Below are positions 20,701 through 32,586 of a stretch of DNA of 64,000 bases, piece by piece. The DNA is from Prasinococcaceae sp. CCMP 1430 (lineage: Eukaryota > Plantae > Prasinodermophyta), in NCBI GenBank assembly GCA_013416795.1, contig RQSC01000019.1, positions 211,736 to 275,735 of the forward strand. Reading direction: 5' to 3'. The position numbers and the translations under genes are program-made. Under the pieces are notes generated by a model that was given only the letters and a program-made list of their open reading frames with translations, searched no databases and was not told the origin of the DNA. How positions within the stretch are numbered: the first letter of the stretch is position 1; each line of letters starts with the position of its first letter.

Positions 20701-22603
20701 GAACTGCAAGTTTGAGCGCTTGGGCTTGCTGAAGCGATCGGTGGGGTCGTTGGCGCCCTTGTCCTTGCCGGTGAACCTGCTGTAGAGCGACTCGGCGAGC
20801 GTGGACGCGTCTGCCTTAGGGAAGACGCACTGCTCGTCGAGGATGGCCACGATGCCCAGCCGCTTCTCGATGAGGTCGAGCACGTCCTGGTTGTCGACGA
20901 AGTCAATGTACGACCAGTCGATCTCCTCCTTCTCGTACTCCTCCTGCTCCTTCTTGAAGACGTGGCCGTTGAAGTGCTGCTGCAGCTTCTCATTTGCGAG
21001 GTTGATGCAGAACTGCTCGAACGAGTTGGTCTCGAAGGACTCAAAGCCGTAAATATCCAGAACGCCGATGAAGCACTGGGCGGATGCGTCCTGTCCGATG
21101 GTCGTGTTGATGCGCGCCACGAGCCAGTCGAAGGTGCGCTGGTAGAGGAACTTGGCCAGCGCGTCCTTGCTCGCCGTCGCTGCGTCAGGAGCCATGGGCT
21201 TGATGATCTCCTCGCCCACGGTGACCACCTTGCGCGTCGTCACGGCGCGCACCAGCGAGTCGACGTCCGTTCCGAGGAGTCGCGCGGCCGCCTCGGCGGC
21301 GGCGGCCGCCTCCGGCGCGAGCACCGAGCCATCCTCGGTACCGTCCGCCTCGACGAACGCGACGCTCCCGAGGTGGAGCACGGTGGCGACCATGGCGAAG
21401 ACGTCCTCCTGCTGCTCCGGCGTGATCCCCACGATCTCCATGGCGCGACGCGTGTGTTCGAACTCCGCGGCGTTGGGCATGTCGTCGATGTCGGTGCAGG
21501 TCGAGTTGCGCAGGTAGCCGTAGTCGAAGGAGCCGGCCGGCAGCGCATACCTCTCCCTCTGCTCGTCGGTCGCGCCCGCGCACAGCTGGTAGAAGATGTG
21601 GTACGAGCGCTCCGGATCGTGGATGCCAATGACGCGCGAGCGCTCGAGCAGGTACGTGCGGATCGCCGCGCCCGAGATGGCGCCCCCGGCGTTGAATTGA
21701 ATCTCCATGAATTTGCCGAAGCGGCTCGAGTTGTTGTTGCGCACGGTCTTGGCGTTGCCGAAGGCCTCCAGCAGCGGGTTGGACTCGAGGATCTTCACCT
21801 CGACCGACCGCTCGCCGCCGTCGGTCGCGCCCGCCTTTTCAGAGTGGCCGCCCATGTACGCCAGGTACTTCATGATGAGCTTCGCGGTCTCCGTCTTGCC
21901 CGCTCCCGACTCGCCCGAAATGAGGATGGACTGCGAGGCGGGGCGGTCGTCGTCGCGCATGAAGCGGTACGCCTCGTCAGCGATGGCGAACACGTGCGGG
22001 CTGAGCTCGCCGAGCTCGGCGCCCCGGTATTCGTCCATCATCATCTCGCTGTACAGGTGCGGCAGCCGCTGGAAGGGGTTCACGGCGATGAGGATGCTGC
22101 CCGTGTACGTGTAAATCTCGTCGAGTGCGTAGCGCTGCTTCAGGTTGTGCAGCACGCCGGGCTCGTGCAGGTAGCTGAGCTTCACCATGTCCTCCACGGT
22201 CGCGTTGCCGAGATTCTGCAGCGGCGCATCCGCCGCGGGCAGGGTGACCTGCGGGTGCGCGCGCGGCCGGCAGCGGTCAGCGCCGCGCGCCGCGGACGCT
22301 CCCCCCCCCTCCCATCCCCTCCACCCCCACGCCCCAGGCGGAAGTCTCGCGCCTCCCCCCAGGCGCGCGCCCGCGTGCGCGCGCATCATCTCCACCGCCG
22401 CGACGGCCCGCGCGCGACCGCACCTCTTTGCCTCCGTCGAGCTTGACTGTGACCGCGCCCGCCGCATCATCGACGGTGAGCACCTCGCCGGGCACCCACG
22501 CCGCGTCGCTGTCCTTGTCCTCTATCCACACCTTGGATCCCACGGAGTGCGCCGTCACCGTGTCCTTGGCCATCTCTGCGGAGTCCTCTCCGCCGTCCGC
22601 CAT
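17743..22603 (-). CDS. Myosin class XI (SH3-like, motor, IQ repeats, coiled coil, DIL); exons 22603-22424 and 22248-17743
   Basis: GESGAGKT, NNNSSRFGKF, DIYGFE, HYVRCIKPN, several IQ motifs and the DIL tail FSNGEYVKTGLAELESW. 175-bp GTGCGG...GCAG intron. Confidence 0.97.
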
Positions 22604-24755
22604 GCCGGCCGCGGGACGGCCGCGGCCGGCGCTCCGCGGGACGGCCGCCCGGCTCATGGCGCTCTCTCGCGCGCATGGCCGCCACGCCTCGCCGCGCGGG
22701 CCATTTCGCGCACGCCGAGTCCGCGAATTCGCCCGCGCGTTTTTTGCGCGCGCGGCCCGCCGCGGTTTCCGCTCGCTGGCCCCCCTCCCCGCGGAAGCGC
22801 CGGTCGGCGCCCGCCTCCGCGCGCGAGGCCGGAAAAAAAAAAGGACCGCAGCCGGCGCGATCCCCCATCGTTTCCTCGGTGTCTCCCGCCCTTCAGGCGC
22901 GGCGCGCGAGGGGGGTTGACAGGCGAGTGGCGGGGATTTGATGGGGGCTGTTCGTCGACAGACCGATCGATCGATTGATTGATGCAACGGGCGGCAGCGA
23001 ACGAGCGCCAACCAAAAAACACCGTCGCAAAAAATGTCAAAAAAAAAGTGTGTCGTACAGTGTACAGTGTAACCTAAACATATTTCGGGTATTTTATGCG
23101 GAGGGTGTTCGTATGATAATGTGATTACATGTAATCATGGACCCTGATGGTTCCACGCCGCCGTTGGCCCGAAATCGCGGGCCGGCGCGCGCGCACCCGC
23201 GCGCGCCCCGCGGGGCCGCGGCGGCCCGCGTTCGAATTTCAATGGCCGGCGGATGGAAAATCGACGACGCGCGCGCCCGCGCGCGCGCGAAAACGCGGAA
23301 CGGGATTCGGATCCATAACCGGTCGATCGGTCGATCGCGCGCGCGCCAACCAAAAACGCGCACCGGCCGGCAGCAGCACCACAAAAAAAAAACGCATCCA
23401 ATGATGGATGTGGAATTGATTGATGAGAAAGAATTAAAAAAAAAAACTCAAAAAAAAGGGAGAGCTGCTGCTGCTGCTGTTGCCCTGTCTGTTACTACGC
23501 GCGTCTGCCGAGCAACAGCCATCCCATCCATCCCTCCATCCCAAATGCAATTTGATTGCCCAACCATCGGCCGGAGCAAAACGCCCGCACGCGCGCGTTC
23601 GGCCCCACCCCCGCGTCGTGCGCCAAGGGCGGAGGACACCGGCGAAATGATGGGGGAAAATGCCGCCGGCCGGCTGGCTGGATCGATCGAGCGGGCTTTT
23701 TTGTTGAGGGAATGCGGGGCTGTTCGCTCGATCGATCGATCGACCGGCCGGCACCGGGGTCCGCAGACTGCAGGATCGGTGGGGTGTTTCAGGTCACGTC
23801 ACTGCTGTTGCACCTTACGACGATTTTGGGTCATTTTGTAGGGTTTAGGAAGTGTGAGGAGGCCGGAGGTGCGTTGCGCGTTGCGGTTGCGTCCATCAGA
23901 GCGCAGTGCGTTTTTCGGATGCGTTTTGATGGGTTCCCCGCCGCGCGCGAGCGCACGCGCGGGGCGAGGGCGAGGGCGCGCGGCGACGCGGCGCCGGGGG
24001 TGNNNNNNNNNNNNNNNNNNNNNNNNNNNNNNNNNNNNNNNNNNNNNNNNNNNNNNNNNNNNNNNNNNNNNNNNNNNNNNNNNNNNNNNNNNNNNNNNNN
24101 NNNNNNNNNNNNNNNNNNNNNNNNNNNNNNNNNNNNNNNNNNNNNNNNNNNNNNNNNNNNNNNNNNNNNNNNNNNNNNNNNNNNNNNNNNNNNNNNNNNN
24201 NNNNNNNNNNNNNNNNNNNNNNNNNNNNNNNNNNNNNNNNNNNNNNNNNNNNNNNNNNNNNNNNNNNNNNNNNNNNNNNNNNNNNNNNNNNNNNNNNNNN
24301 NNNNNNNNNNNNNNNNNNNNNNNNNNNNNNNNNNNNNNNNNNNNNNNNNNNNNNNNNNNNNNNNNNNNNNNNNNNNNNNNNNNNNNNNNNNNNNNNNNNN
24401 NNNNNNNNNNNNNNNNNNNNNNNNNNNNNNNNNNNNNNNNNNNNNNNNNNNNNNNNNNNNNNNNNNNNNNNNNNNNNNNNNNNNNNNNNNNNNNNNNNNN
24501 NNNNNNNNNNNNNNNNNNNNNNNNNNNNNNNNNNNNNNNNNNNNNNNNNNNNNNNNNNNNNNNNNNNNNNNNNNNNNNNNNNNNNNNNNNNNNNNNNNNN
24601 NNNNNNNNNNNNNNNNNNNNNNNNNNNNNNNNNNNNNNNNNNNNNNNNNNNNNNNNNNNNNNNNNNNNNNNNNNNNNNNNNNNNNNNNNNNNNNNNNNNN
24701 NNNNNNNNNNNNNNNNNNNGACCGCTTCCCTGCGGCTGCGCCAGATCCCGCCGCG

Positions 24756-26741
24756 ATGGCGCCGGCTCCCGCCGCGCCGCGCGCTCGCGCGCCCAGAAAG
24801 GGGGCCGCGCCGTTGCCCGGCGGGGTCAAGAGGGGGCGCGGCAGACCGCGCAAGTACAACACCAAGGAGGAGGCCGCTGCCGCAGCCAGGGCGCAGCGCG
24901 CTGCCAAGAAAGCGAGGCTCGCGAAGGAGCGCGAGGAGGCGGAGAGGAAGGCGATCACGCAAGGCGGGGACGGCGTCCATGACATGGAGGCCGCCGCGAG
25001 AGCCGGCCTGGCCGGCGGCGGGGCGGGCGTCGCGGCAAACGGCGGCCCCGCCGCCAAGGACTTCGAACACGACTCGCTGAAGATGTCCAAGGCGGCCATC
25101 ATCTTCGTCCGCGATCTGCGCGCGTTCCACGAGGCCTTCGACGGCAAGCCCTTCCGATGGCCGACGATGGGCCGCAAGGACATCGACCTGCGTCTGCTGC
25201 TGGTGCTGGTGTACAAGATGGGGGGGCCGGACCGCTGCTCGAGGAAGAAGAAGTGGCGGAAGATCGGGCGGTCATTGAACCTCACCCTGAGCACGAGCTC
25301 GTCCACCGCACTCAGGATCATTTACCTGCAAATGTTGGAGCCGTTCCTCGCCCATCTGCTCATCTCGGGCAACAAAAAGTGGGCTGCGGCGCTCGGCCTG
25401 CCGGCCAGCCTCATGGAGGACGATGAAGGGGGCGACGTGAACGCCCGGCACGCCCAGGACGTGAGCGACGATGGCTTCGCGCTCATTCCAAGCGAGCCGC
25501 TGGCGCCGGCGCAGCAGCGAGAGGAGCACCGGCGTGACAGAGAAGTGGCGAATGGCACGGGGCGAGCGCCATCGGACGGCGGCGGCGGCGGCAGCGGCGG
25601 CGACGACGACGACGACGTGGAGGCGCGCGCGCTGGGGCGCGCGCGCGCCGCGCGCTCGGGCGCGGCCGCGCGGCGGGGCAGCCCGGACTTGGCGAGCGAC
25701 TTGGTCGCCGACGAGGAGGAACGAGACGCCGACAGCGACTGCGAGATATTCGAGCCCACTGGCGACAGCGTTGGCGATGCACTGAGGTGGCTGAAACTCG
25801 TCGCCGCAGGGGGGTCAATGGCAGCGGGCGGCGCGGCACAGCACGCATGCAAGGACACGCTGCTGCGCATTCGCGTGGCGAGGTCGGTGGTGCGCGCGAG
25901 CTCGCGCAGCCGGCGAACGACGTCCGCCTGGAGGGAGGCAAAGCAGACCTTGGCGATGCTCAACTCGCAGAACTTCGTGTGGCCGCGCCTCGGCCCAGAG
26001 TTCCAGGCGCTGCACCTGCCCGTGGCGGCCGAGCGTCCAGCAGTCGCCATCGCCCCTTCCGAGGATGCCATGTGGTTCGGGACGCGCCTGGGCGCCGAGG
26101 CGCCAAAGCCTCAGCACGGTGCGGGCGCTGCCGGCGCCTCGACGACGCGCGCGCGCGCCGAATCAGGGGAGCGCCAGCAGAGCGCGGGCGGCATCGCGCT
26201 CTGGGCGCCGCCAGCAATGGCGCTGGCCGTCAGGAAAGAGCAGGGCGGCGTGGACGGCCGGGGAGGCAGGTCCGCCGCTGACGTGGGCGGGCCTCCCTCG
26301 GGCGCACCCAGCGGGGCAGACGTCCAGCAGATGCCACAGCTTGAGCAACGCAAGCGGGCGTGCGAGGCCGCGAGAGCAGCCTTGCACGAGGAGCTCGGCC
26401 CGGCGGCGGCGGCCATGTGCGCCGGGCCGGACCCGGACGTGACGCTCTCGGCGGACGAGGCCGAGGCGTTCGACACGGCGCTGAGAGAACGCGGCAAGTC
26501 CTTCCATACCTTCGACGACGTGCTGCCCGAGCGCGCCATCTCGGAGGTGATCGCGCACTACTTCAACGTCTACAAAATCGACGCGTGCGTGGCCAAACGC
26601 AACAAGAAGGCCGCTGAGAAGGCCGCGGGCAAGCAGACGGCGCCCCCCGAGCTCTCGGCGTCGCAGCAGAAGCCCTACGCGCTCGAACTGGGCTCGCCCA
26701 AGCGCCTGCTCGTGGCCGTGCGCCCGACCCCGCCTGCGTGA
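24756..26741 (+). CDS. AT-hook + ARID + ELM2 + SANT/Myb chromatin protein
   Basis: KRGRGRPRKY (AT-hook), MGRKDIDLRLLLVLVYKMGG...KKWRKIGR...LRIIYLQMLEPF (ARID), PRLGPEFQALHLP (ELM2), EAEAFDTALRERGKSFH...VIAHYFNV (SANT). The 5' end abuts a gap. Confidence 0.8.
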   Translation: MAPAPAAPRARAPRKGAAPLPGGVKRGRGRPRKYNTKEEAAAAARAQRAAKKARLAKEREEAERKAITQGGDGVHDMEAAARAGLAGGGAGVAANGGPAAKDFEHDSLKMSKAAIIFVRDLRAFHEAFDGKPFRWPTMGRKDIDLRLLLVLVYKMGGPDRCSRKKKWRKIGRSLNLTLSTSSSTALRIIYLQMLEPFLAHLLISGNKKWAAALGLPASLMEDDEGGDVNARHAQDVSDDGFALIPSEPLAPAQQREEHRRDREVANGTGRAPSDGGGGGSGGDDDDDVEARALGRARAARSGAAARRGSPDLASDLVADEEERDADSDCEIFEPTGDSVGDALRWLKLVAAGGSMAAGGAAQHACKDTLLRIRVARSVVRASSRSRRTTSAWREAKQTLAMLNSQNFVWPRLGPEFQALHLPVAAERPAVAIAPSEDAMWFGTRLGAEAPKPQHGAGAAGASTTRARAESGERQQSAGGIALWAPPAMALAVRKEQGGVDGRGGRSAADVGGPPSGAPSGADVQQMPQLEQRKRACEAARAALHEELGPAAAAMCAGPDPDVTLSADEAEAFDTALRERGKSFHTFDDVLPERAISEVIAHYFNVYKIDACVAKRNKKAAEKAAGKQTAPPELSASQQKPYALELGSPKRLLVAVRPTPPA

Positions 26742-27430
26742 CGGGGGCGGTGGCCACGCCACCCGACGCGCGCACCGCGCGCGCGCGCGCGCGGGTGCAC
26801 ACGAAGACGCACGCACTCCCTCTACTCGCAGAAATACGTACACTGCGTCGGCAACAATTCCACTGAAAACAAGACACAGAACGCCCACGCATGGCCTGCA
26901 CATGCATAAGTGCACGCTCAATTCATGACCCCGCCCATTCATCTGGCTGCGCCCACAGGCCACTCGCCGCGCGAGCGAGAGCGGCGCGCCCCCGTGTGTG
27001 GCAGGCGCTGAGTGGGGCGCCGCATAGGCGCGCCGCTGCGCCGCTCGGCCCACTGGCAGAGCGCGCGCGCCCCGGGCACGACACATGCGGCGCACTCGGG
27101 TGGCGGCACGCGCGCGCGAAGCGCGCCTGCATCGTACGAATCCGCATCGCCAGAATTTTACAAACAGCCTGCAACTCGCGCCTCCCTCCAGCCACCCGCC
27201 ACCCCCGCCTGAGGGCGGGCGGGGCGACGGGGCTGGAGGGGCCGAGGGCAGGCAGCCAACAAAAATAGGGCATGCAGCGCACCGCGAAAGGAGTCGCCCC
27301 GCCCCGCCCCGCCTCGCTCACCCCGGAGGCGGCGGGGACCCAGCATCGTGCCCGCGCCTCGGCGCACGTTGCCGTCCGCCGCACTCTCCGCCCGCCGCGC
27401 CCGCCGCCCGCCGCCCGCCTGGGCGGCCGC

Positions 27431-28555
<1,125 letters not shown>

Positions 28556-29231
28556 TCAGCGCGCGCGCGCCGCATTAAGGTCAGGGTCCACCCAAATCGC
28601 ACAAGTGTATCTCTTTTGACGTACAATCCTTCTTTGAGAGGTTCAGGTTTCGTCGCCGCGCGCGCCCGCAGCCCGCGGGGGATCGGGATCTCGCTTCTCT
28701 TCTATCCGCTCCCGCCCGCGCGGGACCGCGCGACGGCGGCTTCGCGACGCGCGCGCGCGCCCGAACCGCGAAAAAGCGCGGAAATCCACCATTTCCACTC
28801 CCCACATTCCGTCGTTTATGCGGCGGGGCGACGGCGGCCAATTACTACTCTCTTCCTGTCCATCGCCGCGCGCGATCGTTCGTTTCGCGCTTTCGTTTTC
28901 GACGGAGCGGTCGGCGCGGCGCCCCGCGCGCGCCTTGAGTTTTTTGGTTGGCGTTTTTTTTTTCCATCCCCGCGAGATCTGCCCGAGCGCACTGCGGAGA
29001 TCTGCGCGCGGTGCGGTGCGGTGCGGGCCCGCGCGCCGCGTCGCGCCGCCAGATGCGAACCCTGCCACCCGCAGGCGGCCTGACGCAACCGCAAACCCAC
29101 CCGCAAAACCTTAACCGCTCTCGCGGAGTCGCCGGGCGCGCGCTCGGCCCGGTTGGGTTCGAACGCGGCGCGCGAGCCCAGGGCGGCGATCCCGCAATCC
29201 GGCGGGCGCGCTTGCAGCGACGGCCGCTGCC

Positions 29232-29515
29232 GTGCGCGCGGGCGTCGATGCATGGTCGGCGGGGAACTATGATACAGCGGTAAAATCGTGGCAGGGTCCG
29301 GCCGCCAAGGGCGATGCCGATGCGCTGTTCAACCTCGGCCAGGCCTATAAGCTCGGTCGCGGGGTCAAGGCCGATCTCAACCAGGCCGAGACCTGGTATG
29401 GCAAGGCCGCTGCCCAGGGCCATGAGCAGGCCCAGGCCAGCTATGCCCTCGCCCTGTTCGCCAATGGCAAGCGCGATGCCGCCGCGTCGTGGCTCCAGCG
29501 CGCCGCCGGCCGCGG
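29232..29515 (+). other. Bacterial (Sphingomonadales-like) SEL1-repeat gene fragment embedded upstream of/within HISN7
   Basis: VRAGVDAWSAGNYDTAVKSWQGPAAKGDADALFNLGQAYKLGRGVKADLNQAETWYGKAAAQGHEQAQASYALALFANGKRDAAASWLQRAAGRGD resembles the N-terminus of alphaproteobacterial SEL1-SPOR proteins. It lacks the host (CG)n tracts. Confidence 0.75.
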
Positions 29516-29517
29516 CG

Positions 29518-30641
29518 ATGGACGCGGCGGCGGAGGCGGTGCTGGACGCCGCGACGGAGGTGGCGCACAGGATGACCGACGCCGCGGGAGAGATCGTGCT
29601 GCCGTACTTCCGCACGCCGCTGCAGGTCGAGGACAAGCAGCTCACCGAGGAGATGTCGCCGGTGACGATCGCCGATCGCGCCGCAGAGAGCGCGATGCGC
29701 GCCATCCTCGCCGAGACGTTCCCTACGCACTCGATATTCGGCGAGGTGCGTCGAGCGATAGGCCGCGTGCGCACGCGGAGGCCCGATCGCGCGGCCGCCG
29801 GTGCCCCTCCCCCTCTTCCTCGCCCGCCCTCCCGCCCGCCCGCTCCGCCACTCATGCGCCCCTCGCTCATGTCCCCGCTGCCTCCCCGCGCGCGAGCTCT
29901 GCTCCGCCGGCGTCTGACGCCAGGGCCGTTCGCACCTTGCGCTCTGCGCGCGCGCGGCCGCACAAATTTCGCGATCGCTGCGGCCGTCTGATCACCCGCC
30001 CGCAGGAGCACGGCTTCACCGAGGGCAGCGATCCGGACTGGACGTGGGTGCTCGACCCCATCGACGGCACCAAGTCGTTCATCACCGGCAAGCCGCTGTT
30101 CGGCGTGCTGGTGTCGCTGCTGTACAAGGGGGTGCCCGTGCTCGGCATCATCGACCAGCCGGTGCTGCGCGAGCGGTGGGTGGGCGTGCAGGGGCGGAAG
30201 ACGACGCTCAACGGCAGCGAGCTCGCCGCGCGCGACTGCGGCGAGCTCTCCGAGGCGTACCTGTACGCCACGACGCCGCACATGTTCGAGGGCTGGACGG
30301 CGCCCGCGTTCGACGCGCTCCGCGGGCGCGTGCGCGTGCCGCTGTACGGCTGCGACTGCTACGCGTACGGCCTGCTCGCGGCGGGACATTGCGACCTGGT
30401 GGTCGAGGCCACCATGATGCCCTACGACTACATGGCGCTCGTGCCGGTCATCCAGGGCGCCGGCGGGGTCATCACCGACTGGCAGGGCGGGCAGCTGCGA
30501 TGGGACGGGCCCGCCGAGGCCGACGGCGCGCGCAGGCAACCGCAGGAGGTGCTCGCCGCCGGCGGGCCGCGCGTGCACGCCGCGTGCCTCGAGCAGCTCA
30601 GGCAGTACGCCGACGCGGCGCTCGGGGAGCCGGCGGCGTAG
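29518..30641 (+). CDS. HISN7: Histidinol-phosphate phosphatase/IMPase-like 2; exons 29518-29745 and 30006-30641 (transit peptide possibly from ATG 29053)
   Basis: AAGEIVLPYFRT...SPVTIADRAAESAMR...FGE | EHG...WVLDPIDGTKSFITGKPLFG...YGCDCYAYGLLAAG...PYDYMALVPVIQGAGGVITDW. 260-bp GTGCGT...GCAG intron. Confidence 0.93.
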
Positions 30642-31669
30642 GCCGGCCGGCCGCGGCCTCCGGCCCAATTTTTTTTTTGAACGGGGCGGCCTCTCATTTC
30701 CTCAATAAATTGTAAAACAAACCTTTTTTTTGCGGGGAGAGGGAATTCGCGTCGCCCCGCGCACCATCGGATTCAGATGCGCTCCAATTCCGAGGCAAAT
30801 CCACCCACGGGCGACTCATTCACGCCATCAAAAACGCATCCGACGAGTCCGACGCGCGCTGCGACGCGACGCCGGCGAGGCACGCGAAGGAACGCACTCG
30901 CCAGCCATACGGCGGACGCGACGGCCGACGCCTTCCACGCCCACACCAGCGCGTCGGCCGCGTGCGACGTTCCGCGGCTCGTGTGAGAGGTGGAGGTCGG
31001 TTGGGGGACGCGATCCCGGCCATATTGCGAGCCACGTACCGACCCGCCGGCGGACGCCCTCTGTCCTCTGGCTGGCTGGGCCTTCGTTCGTGCAGCGCGT
31101 GTGCAGTAGGCCGCTCCGCTGCATCAGCTGCAGCTGCACACAGGTTCGTTGTCGTCGCGCGCGCATGCGTGTGCGCGGTGCGCGGTGCGCCGCGGATCGC
31201 GCGCGCGCACGCTGATGTGGCGCGCGCGCTCTTTTTTGCGCAGCACGCTCTGAAGGGGCATTTCGCGGAGCGGGGCGCGCGCGGGCGCGGGGAGGTCAAT
31301 TTGGAGTGATGGCGAGTGCACGCGGGAGGAACTCCGCGAAACGGGTGCAATCGCGCGCGGGTGCGCGCGCACGCGCGCGCGCGGGCGCCGAGGGTGGAAA
31401 GGCCAAATCGGGCAGCTCGNGGGGGGCGAGGGGGGGGGGGGAAGGGGAAGGGGGGGCGTGGTGGCACGGGCGCGCACGCGCGTGGCCGTGGCCATGTGTG
31501 TACGTGCGTGCGTGTGCGTGTGTGCTTGCGTGCGTGTGCGTGCGTGCGCGCTCGACCCCGGCCATTGCGCCACAGCCCGCGTACGGCGCGCATCGCACGC
31601 ATCGCACGCCCGCACCGCGCGCGCGACACGCGTGGCGCACCCGGTCGCACGCTCCGGAGGTGTTGGTGG

Positions 31670-32292
31670 GTGAACAATCTAGGCAAGGCGGCGTTCGTGG
31701 TGGAGCTCGACGAGGCCGCGTGCGAGCGCGACGCGGCGCGCAAGGCGCAGTGCAACGCCTCGCCCACGCGTCTCGAGGTGGGGTCCGCCTCGCCCGCCGC
31801 GGGCCTGCGCGGCGCGGGCCACACCATCCACGCCGTGCGCGGCGCGCACCCGCTGGCGACGGCCGACGAGCTCTCGCGGGACGTAAACTCGGCCGCCACC
31901 ACGCTCGGTGCGTCGCGCCGACGCATCGGCGGCACACAAACACGCATGCGAGCGCACGCACGCTCGCAAACGCACGCACGCGCCCCTCTGACGCCGCCCT
32001 GCGCGCGCGCATCGCCGCAGACGGCACGCCGCGCGAGAGCGGCATCGCCTGCGCGGAGGAGCGCGTGCTCGACTGCCCGGAGGAGTACCAAGACAACGAG
32101 GGCGTGTGCTGGTTCGAAGTGGAGGAGGGCCCCAACGGCCACCCGATGCTCTTCCTGACCGACTTCGGCGCGGAGACCAAGCTCGAGGGCGCGAGGGTGG
32201 AGCCGCAGAAGCGGATCCCCCTGCACGAGGGGTCGCACCTCACCATCGCCGGCACGGACTTCATCGTCCGCAGGCACGAGGCGGCGGAGTGA
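31670..32292 (+). CDS. Hypothetical protein with C-terminal FHA-like beta-sandwich; intron 31908-32020; 5' end lost near n at 31420
   Basis: LFLTDFGAETKLEGARVEPQKRIPLHEGSHLTIAGTDFIV resembles the second half of an FHA domain. The GTGCGT/ctgac/GCAG intron joins the two frames. Confidence 0.45.
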
Positions 32293-32586
32293 GCCGGCGC
32301 GGGCACGCGTGTGTGCGTGTGTGCGCGCGCGTGCGTGCACGAGCCACGCACAGGGGGCGAAGCACGAGGGAGGACGAGAGCACGAGGCCGCCGCCGCGCG
32401 GGCGAGTCTTTCTAAGTTCGGTTCAGTCAACGCGTATCTGCACACGGGCCCCGCGCACGCGCACGCGCACGTTCGCGAGCGCGGCGGCGAGGGGTTTTCG
32501 GTCCGGTTCGGAGTTGAAGCGTATCTGTACACGGGCGAGCGAGCGCGGCCTCCTCCGCGGCGCCCCTCACCGCCCCCCGCCCCACC

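Noticed and set aside
23556-25321. Very long ORFs spanning the N run
   Set aside because: They are artefacts of translating N as X; only 24756-26741 is supported.
29232-30641. 469-aa ORF suggesting a SEL1-IMPase fusion protein
   Set aside because: It reads the bacterial fragment, then HISN7 exon 1 and the intron out of frame, and rejoins exon 2 only by coincidence. It is not a real fusion.
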